Virus record (IMG/VR): IMGVR_UViG_3300042869_000676
Location: 1-64,000 of that record
Strand: one strand, 5' to 3'
Source: a virus
Length of the DNA: 64,000 nt
Shown here: in pieces, positions 58,155-64,000 of the stretch
How positions within the stretch are numbered: position 1 is the stretch's first letter
Layout: every line of letters starts with the position of its first letter
Notes under the pieces: generated by a model
The model's input: the letters and a program-made list of their open reading frames with translations, nothing else
Databases searched by the model: none
Told to the model about the DNA's origin: nothing
Translations under genes and position numbers: made by a program

Positions 58155-59276
58155 TTAGGAAGCTGTAGCAACGAAGACGCCGTTTGTGGAGTCTTGTGGC
58201 GCACCGATCTGCGATGTGAACACGAGATCAACTGTCTTGTTGTCACCAAGCGAAGAAGACAAGCTTTCACTAACGAGCTTGGCATTTCTGATTTGGTAAA
58301 CAAGTTTTTCAGCATTAGCTGGATCTCTGAAAGCGAATTTCAAGGTCTTGAAATCGTCGTTGTTAACCAACGAGAAGAGATTACCAGCAGCTTTCAAGTC
58401 AGCAACAATAGCGGAAACGTTAACGGTAACTTCAACTGGGAAGTCGATAACCTTAGCGTAGCCGAAACGATTGCCGAGACGTTGAAGTGTGGTACGGCCA
58501 ATTGGAATATCAATCGAGAAAGATTGAATATGCGCAGCGGAATTACCAGAGTCAACGCCTGTTGGCATATCAACGATAATTGGATCAACCAATTCCATTG
58601 TAATGTCGCCGGGGCGAAGAGCAGAGAGACCTACGCTGCCAGTAGTTGGAGCAGGAAGAACGAACTGATTAGAGCCAGTAGCGCTAGTTTCTACAGTCAA
58701 AGAAGGAAGAGTGCCGCTGTTGCCTTCAACAACATTGATATTCAAACCTTCAATTGTGACTGAAGCGGTAGGAATGCTACCAACAGCTGCTTCGATACCG
58801 TATTGGGTAACGAAACCGTTGCCGATTGTGATGGTGCTAGAAGCGGCACCAGTCAAAGTGGAGCCAGCAGAACCAGCAGCGTCATTGCCTTCTGGAGCGG
58901 TGAAAATGTGGAAGTTACGACCAGAAACTGTTGCAGTGTCGTTTGTCTGTGTAGAGTCAATAAGACCGCTAATAAAAGACAAAGTTGTTCCGACGCCAGT
59001 TCCTACGCTGAAACCAAGAGCGGTTTCGTTGTTACCTGTGGTCAGGTAATACGAGAAGTCAAGGTTAATTGTAGGTGGTTCCAAGATGATAGCGTCAATA
59101 CGAGCAAGATTACCAAATTGGTTAATATCTTGACGAGCGACAGAGAAGCCATAGTTGGCCGATTGTACACGGTGCAACTGCTTGATGTTGTTAGCCGCAT
59201 GAGTAGCTGTTGGTACAAGAGTACCATCGCTAACGAAAAGGGCTTCTGATTGATAAATTACTCTATTACGTGCCAT
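58155..59276 (-). CDS. major tail (tube) protein
   Basis: RVIYQS, HRVQSANY...RQDINQFG; strong codon bias; position. Confidence 0.7.
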   Translation of the reverse strand: MARNRVIYQSEALFVSDGTLVPTATHAANNIKQLHRVQSANYGFSVARQDINQFGNLARIDAIILEPPTINLDFSYYLTTGNNETALGFSVGTGVGTTLSFISGLIDSTQTNDTATVSGRNFHIFTAPEGNDAAGSAGSTLTGAASSTITIGNGFVTQYGIEAAVGSIPTASVTIEGLNINVVEGNSGTLPSLTVETSATGSNQFVLPAPTTGSVGLSALRPGDITMELVDPIIVDMPTGVDSGNSAAHIQSFSIDIPIGRTTLQRLGNRFGYAKVIDFPVEVTVNVSAIVADLKAAGNLFSLVNNDDFKTLKFAFRDPANAEKLVYQIRNAKLVSESLSSSLGDNKTVDLVFTSQIGAPQDSTNGVFVATAS

Positions 59277-59338
59277 AAGTTTTAAAAGTTAAGAGAAGGT
59301 TTAAATACTTTACATTCTTTTGCCTAGAAATGGAATCC

Positions 59339-60184
59339 TTATGCTCTAGGGTATCTATATTGGGTGATTTCAAAATCAATAAAGCCAATATAGGTTTTTA
59401 CATTAGACGATCTTGATCTAGTGTCTTTAAGTTTAGACACAGTAACGTCGTCTATAAACAGCTCAACAGAAGGATTTGGGTTAGCGTAGTAATCGCTGTA
59501 ATTGTACGGATAAGATTTAAGGTCGCCGTATTCAGTTAAAGGATATTCGCCAAAGTCTTTTTCGGTAAATACTTTCTTTTGAGTGTCTGCAAAAAGCGAC
59601 AAGACCCCATCTAAGTGATATGGATTGTCAGTGAAAACAACGCATTTCATAATAGAGCGAGTTTCGTCTTCGCCGCCAAAAGAGAAAGGTTTGTTTTTGA
59701 TAGAATCAGAAACAATGAAAACAGCAGGAATAATCTCGTCGTAAGGCTGAATATAAGTTCCGCTACGAGGAAATTTGAGGTTTTCGTCAAAATTGTTCTC
59801 AATGATAAGATCGTCTTCATCTTCATTGCTCATGTAGATGCTAAAATCTTTAACAGAGTAAGCTCCTGTAACATTAGCTGTGGCGGCAACTCCAGTAGTT
59901 AAAACGCGGCCATTAAGATAATCCATTACCAACCCGCCGCCCCTAGGCTTGAAAACAGAATTGACGAATACACCAGAGGGAACAATTGCTCCAGATACAC
60001 TGGAATCAAAGACGAATTGTTTATGAGAACTTCCAAAAACTTTGTAGGCAGTTGATATTCTTGGATCTTCATAGTTATAAAATTTACCTGTTTGATTTGA
60101 GAAAGCTTCGCCTTCGCTAAGAAGGTGATGGTCAAACCACAAAGCGAATGAAGTGGCTACGTTATGTTGGTATTGTGGTTTCAT
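59339..60184 (-). CDS. tail completion/terminator-like protein
   Basis: Directly upstream of tube; IPAVFI...PFSFGGED. Confidence 0.55.
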   Translation of the reverse strand: MKPQYQHNVATSFALWFDHHLLSEGEAFSNQTGKFYNYEDPRISTAYKVFGSSHKQFVFDSSVSGAIVPSGVFVNSVFKPRGGGLVMDYLNGRVLTTGVAATANVTGAYSVKDFSIYMSNEDEDDLIIENNFDENLKFPRSGTYIQPYDEIIPAVFIVSDSIKNKPFSFGGEDETRSIMKCVVFTDNPYHLDGVLSLFADTQKKVFTEKDFGEYPLTEYGDLKSYPYNYSDYYANPNPSVELFIDDVTVSKLKDTRSRSSNVKTYIGFIDFEITQYRYPRA

Positions 60185-60761
60185 CTAGTTGAGAGAATTT
60201 CTTTTCGTAGCGGTTGAGAATGTCGCTAATATATTTTACATTTTTAAATCGAACTTTCGAGGCAATTTTTGATTTAACTTGAATAGCCGGGCCAGAACGA
60301 GATTGTGGATAGTTTTTCTTTTGATTATAAAGATACCAACCTACGCCAGAAATGCCAGTTTCAATGCCTTTGGCCCAGCTTCTGCCTTCGGCCCAAGGCA
60401 TAGGAGTAACGTCCCAAATGTCTTCTGGAGCTGGCAGGTAAATGTTCCAGATTGGACCATCATCAGTTAATGTGCGAAATCTAATAACTGTTTTATCAAA
60501 TTCTCGCTTAATAGCGTCAATAGGAGAAGTGCCAGCTTCAAATCCAATAAAAGTAAACAAATTGCCATAGCCACCTAAAGTGTTGCTTGAGTTTGACGCT
60601 CCTACGCCAATTGAAATCTCTTTAGTTATTTCATGATTCATTAGCTCTCTAATCATCTCAGCTTTAATATTATTAAAACTTCTTTCGATCTTTTTATCGA
60701 AATCTTCTTTAACTAATTGGGCAACTTGCCTTTTAACTGACTTATCTAATTGAAACGCCAT
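60162..60761 (-). CDS. neck protein-like
   Basis: Position in head-closure to tail-tube series. Confidence 0.45.
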   Translation of the reverse strand: MAFQLDKSVKRQVAQLVKEDFDKKIERSFNNIKAEMIRELMNHEITKEISIGVGASNSSNTLGGYGNLFTFIGFEAGTSPIDAIKREFDKTVIRFRTLTDDGPIWNIYLPAPEDIWDVTPMPWAEGRSWAKGIETGISGVGWYLYNQKKNYPQSRSGPAIQVKSKIASKVRFKNVKYISDILNRYEKKFSQLDETTIPT

Positions 60762-60764
60762 AAA

Positions 60765-61217
60765 TTATTCGTCAACAGGAGACAGTAAGAAAGAATAGTA
60801 TTGTGGGCCAAACATACCATAAGGCTTGTAATCAGAAGCTATAGAATATCTGCGCCCATCAAGATCAACTTTTCTAGCTTCTTTTAGTTTAACATAAGCA
60901 TCATACTGAACTTTGATTTTAACAGAGCCTGTTGGATAAATAACTTTTTGTTGATCTAAGGTACCCGGAAACACGCTTTGTTCATTTGAAACATACTTGA
61001 TTCTAGCTTTAAATGTAAACGACTGAGGAGTTAAGCTACTGTATGCTGTGTTATCTAAATCTCTCTTGTAGAAGCTGTTGTAGGTAGGAGAAGTAGATAT
61101 GATAACAACTGTTGGATTCATGATAACAGTAATTTCACGCGAAAATGTTTCATGGATATCATCCATTGCGGAATTAATAAAAGATTTCTGTGTAGCAGAA
61201 ATGTATGAAGTCGCCAT
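60765..61217 (-). CDS. head closure-like protein
   Basis: FKARIKY...VDLDGRRY; position; late motif upstream. Confidence 0.5.
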   Translation of the reverse strand: MATSYISATQKSFINSAMDDIHETFSREITVIMNPTVVIISTSPTYNSFYKRDLDNTAYSSLTPQSFTFKARIKYVSNEQSVFPGTLDQQKVIYPTGSVKIKVQYDAYVKLKEARKVDLDGRRYSIASDYKPYGMFGPQYYSFLLSPVDE

Positions 61218-61270
61218 ATTTTACTTTACACTTTGGATTTTAAATGTAATATATAATAAGGCAAAAGGAT

Positions 61271-61567
61271 ATGACAGGCAAAGAATATTTAAATGATAAA
61301 GTTAAGGTGAACACCTCTGATCTGTTCAAGAGGATGCTTGGTATTTTAGAAGATATTAAGCATGAACATGATAGGCAATTTGCTCTGCTATACACCTCTG
61401 CCCCAGATTCTTTTAAGCCAGTTGTGCGCCAAGCAAACTATTTAGACGAAGATCAAATGAGTTGGTTACGCAAGCGCGTGCTAGACATGGGCAACGAATC
61501 AATCAGAAAGATGTCTTCCGATTTGGAAGTTATCAGAGTAGAATTTCAACACACATTTAAACAATGA
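61271..61567 (+). CDS. hypothetical protein
   Basis: LRKRVLDMGNE motif; first gene of divergent operon. Confidence 0.65.
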   Translation: MTGKEYLNDKVKVNTSDLFKRMLGILEDIKHEHDRQFALLYTSAPDSFKPVVRQANYLDEDQMSWLRKRVLDMGNESIRKMSSDLEVIRVEFQHTFKQ

Positions 61568-62298
61568 AAGAATTATTCGATTTCACAGTCATGCTTCCAA
61601 AAGAAGTTGATGTCACAGAAACAAAAGAAGAAAATGGTCAGACCATTACTATTACTAAAAAAGTAACAGAAGAAGTTCCGCATCGCGTAGTTTTTAAGCA
61701 GCCGTCGCGCAGAGATATTGAAGACTCTGATCTTCAATTCAGCATTGAGCTTTCTAACTGCGTAAAGAAAGGCATTCTCACAAAAGGTATGTTGCTTAAA
61801 AAGTATTCTGATACTGGAGGTCTTTCTTCACAAGACGACTCACAGCGTTTAAGTAGTCTTTACGCCGCAATTGGTAAATTACAACAAAAGTATATGTTGA
61901 TGAAAACAGAAGATGGCTCTGAATCTTTAGAGAAAAACGACGTTCTTCAACAAATCGCAGTTCTGAGAAAAGAAGCTGTTGATCTTGAAACTGTTTATCT
62001 TTCCTTCTTTAACAATACCGCTGATACTATTGCGCAAAACAGCGTTATTCGCTGGTTCTGTTTGAATATGACTCATAAGCAAGTTGCGAATGGGCCAATC
62101 GAACCAATGTTTAAAGGATCAACGTACGAACAAAAACTAGACTCTCTTTCGGATCTCGATGAAAACGGCGATCCGCTGTTCACAAAGGTTTACACTAAAC
62201 TGATTACGTTCACTTCTTTTTGGTATTTCAGTAAAACAGTTTCTAAAGACGACTTCAAAAAACTAGACGAAGACATTGCAGCGGGAAAATTTGAGTGA
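61564..62298 (+). CDS. tail assembly chaperone-like protein
   Basis: Position upstream of tape measure. Confidence 0.45.
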   Translation: MKELFDFTVMLPKEVDVTETKEENGQTITITKKVTEEVPHRVVFKQPSRRDIEDSDLQFSIELSNCVKKGILTKGMLLKKYSDTGGLSSQDDSQRLSSLYAAIGKLQQKYMLMKTEDGSESLEKNDVLQQIAVLRKEAVDLETVYLSFFNNTADTIAQNSVIRWFCLNMTHKQVANGPIEPMFKGSTYEQKLDSLSDLDENGDPLFTKVYTKLITFTSFWYFSKTVSKDDFKKLDEDIAAGKFE

Positions 62299-63268
62299 AA
62301 TAGACCTATTTATTAGGTTTACAGAAATCATTAAGGGCTACTCAACGGCTGAATACCGTAGTAGCCCTATTTTTGTTAAGCATTTAGGCTGCAATGAAAA
62401 AGCTATTTTTGATTTAAGGTACAAACAGTTTCATAAGATAGCGGTAGATAAGGGGATACCTACAGAAGAACAGTCGTTGGAAACTGCAAAAAAAGAAGGT
62501 TTTTGGAGCGATAACGATGAAGCAGAAATCGCTAAAATTCAATCTTATATTGAACGGTTGAATGTTACTAAAAAAAATCTTTTTAAATCTTTAGAGATTA
62601 AAGAGATTCAGAAAGTAATAGACGAGCAAAAAGAAAAGTTGATAGCTAAATTAACAGAAAGAAGAAGCGTTTTAGGAAAAACTGTAGAAGAGTACGCTTC
62701 AAATAGATCGAGCGACTATATTATTTACGAGTCTTTTTACAAAGACGAAGAATTGAAACAAAAATTTTTTTCGATACAAGACTTTGAGGATATGTCTTAC
62801 GAGGAATTAGTAGAGTTTATCTTGCTTTATAACACATTCATGCACGACTTTATGGATATTAATATCCAGAAAACTGTTCTGATGGACTTCTTTAATCAAT
62901 ATTTTTTGGTACTTGATTATCCGACAGAATTCTTTGGTTTGCCTATGGTAAAACTTACTGATTTTCAAGTAAGAATTATAATGTATGGTAAGATATTTAA
63001 GAGTATATTTGACAATGTAGAGAATATTCCTGACAATATTAGAAAAGACCCTGAAGCTTTACTAGCGTATAAGGACAAATCTACCGCTAAAAAAGACTTT
63101 GATTCTAAACACGCTCCAAAAGGAGATGTTAGCGCATCTATGGTATTCGGCGCAAGTAAAGAAGATATGGACGATAACAACATGAAGGGCACTTCTCTTA
63201 ATAAGTTGATGAAAGAGAAAAAAACTCTTAATATGGAAGAGCTAATGAAATTACATGGCGAAGGTTAA
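62291..63268 (+). CDS. tail assembly chaperone-like protein 2
   Basis: Likely TTG start at 62291; directly before tape measure. Confidence 0.45.
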   Translation: MSEIDLFIRFTEIIKGYSTAEYRSSPIFVKHLGCNEKAIFDLRYKQFHKIAVDKGIPTEEQSLETAKKEGFWSDNDEAEIAKIQSYIERLNVTKKNLFKSLEIKEIQKVIDEQKEKLIAKLTERRSVLGKTVEEYASNRSSDYIIYESFYKDEELKQKFFSIQDFEDMSYEELVEFILLYNTFMHDFMDINIQKTVLMDFFNQYFLVLDYPTEFFGLPMVKLTDFQVRIIMYGKIFKSIFDNVENIPDNIRKDPEALLAYKDKSTAKKDFDSKHAPKGDVSASMVFGASKEDMDDNNMKGTSLNKLMKEKKTLNMEELMKLHGEG

Positions 63269-63301
63269 TCTTTGAGTGTAAAATACTCAAAAGGTTAAAG
63301 G

Positions 63302-64000
63302 ATGGCAAACATACTATCAATTCAAGGAAAAGTTACTGGTATTAATGAGTCTGTTCAAGCGCAAGAAAAGGCGCTTAAGCCGCTTAATATACAAGCTAAT
63401 GTTAAATTAAATGAAGGGTCATTAGGAAAATTATCTCAGCCACTTGGAAGGGTTACTGGGCTTGCTACAGAGTTTGAAAAGTCTATCGCAGCATCTAATG
63501 CTCGTGTTATCGCCTTCGGCGCTTCGGTAGGTATCATAAACGGTATTCAAAACGCCTTTGCAAGCCTTGTAACAACGACAATAGAAGTCCAAAAAAGTTT
63601 AGCTCAAATCGGTGCCGTTAGCGGAAAAAGCGGAGATGAGCTTAATCGTTTCGGTGATAGTCTTTTTGAATTGGCGAAAAATACTGGACAATCATTTAAA
63701 ATAGCAAGCGAAGCCGCCGTTGAATTCTCTCGTCAAGGTTTAAGTTTGCAGGAAACCTTATCTAGAACTAACGATGCTTTAACGCTGGCTAGATTCACTT
63801 CTTTAAGCGCGGCTGATGCTGTTGATGTTTTAACTGCTGCGGTAAATTCTTTCGGCAGTTCAGGATTAACAACCTCAGAGATTTTAAATAAATTAGTCGC
63901 CGTAGATAGCAAATTCGCCGTTTCTGCTGCTGATTTAGCTAACGGTTTATCTCGCGCTGGATCTATCGCTCAAGATGTTGGCGTATCTTTTGACGAATTA
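63302..64000 (+). CDS. tape measure protein, TP901 family (3' truncated)
   Basis: ASNARVIAFGAS, EFSRQGL, LTAAVNSF, NKLVAVDSKFAVS..DLA...SRAGS. Confidence 0.88.
   Translation, partial: MANILSIQGKVTGINESVQAQEKALKPLNIQANVKLNEGSLGKLSQPLGRVTGLATEFEKSIAASNARVIAFGASVGIINGIQNAFASLVTTTIEVQKSLAQIGAVSGKSGDELNRFGDSLFELAKNTGQSFKIASEAAVEFSRQGLSLQETLSRTNDALTLARFTSLSAADAVDVLTAAVNSFGSSGLTTSEILNKLVAVDSKFAVSAADLANGLSRAGSIAQDVGVSFDEL

Noticed and set aside
62283-62294. Lambda G/T-style -1 frameshift at G-GGA-AAA between the chaperone-like genes
   Set aside because: The heptamer is in the right phase but the -1 frame hits TGA at 62292. The downstream ORF is in the +1/-2 frame and has a plausible TTG start at 62291
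1-64000. Stop-codon reassignment or prophage state
   Set aside because: Genes are intact under the standard code with TAA, TGA and TAG all used as stops; no integrase, repressor or host genes seen in the window

Overview
A 64-kb slice of a large, AT-rich, apparently lytic tailed dsDNA phage (Caudoviricetes; siphovirus-like, since a tail tube and a TP901-type tape measure are present and no sheath gene is seen). It uses the standard genetic code. Layout: (i) 1-14.9 kb: + strand early/middle genes (rIIA/rIIB-like, phosphoesterase, thermonuclease, RuvB-like ATPase), four tRNAs and an unannotated cluster of structured RNAs. (ii) About 12-20.2 kb: an unusual, partly GC-richer segment of short promoter-gene-terminator cassettes (DUF932-like, SleB-like hydrolase, GP88-like). 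These cassettes are interleaved with strictly polar GGGGTA arrays, a perfect parS palindrome, two homologous quartets of parS half-sites, Fur-box-like palindromes, a Z-DNA-type tract and a phased palindrome array. (iii) 20.2-25.5 kb: - strand HNH and phosphatase genes. (iv) 25.6-64 kb: late region with PhoH, a sigma factor carrying a Cys-rich insert, an ERCC4 nuclease, terminase, portal, protease/scaffold, capsid, about 19 kb of modular fibre genes (four collagen-like), an inverted neck/tail-tube block and the start of the tape measure. Many late genes are preceded by a GTGTAA(A) motif; several early genes appear leaderless. The best candidate for an undescribed system is the non-coding 12-20 kb architecture, which looks like phage DNA densely decorated with host chromosome-management signals. 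Product calls come from motif recognition by eye, not from database searches, and the host cannot be assigned from this window.
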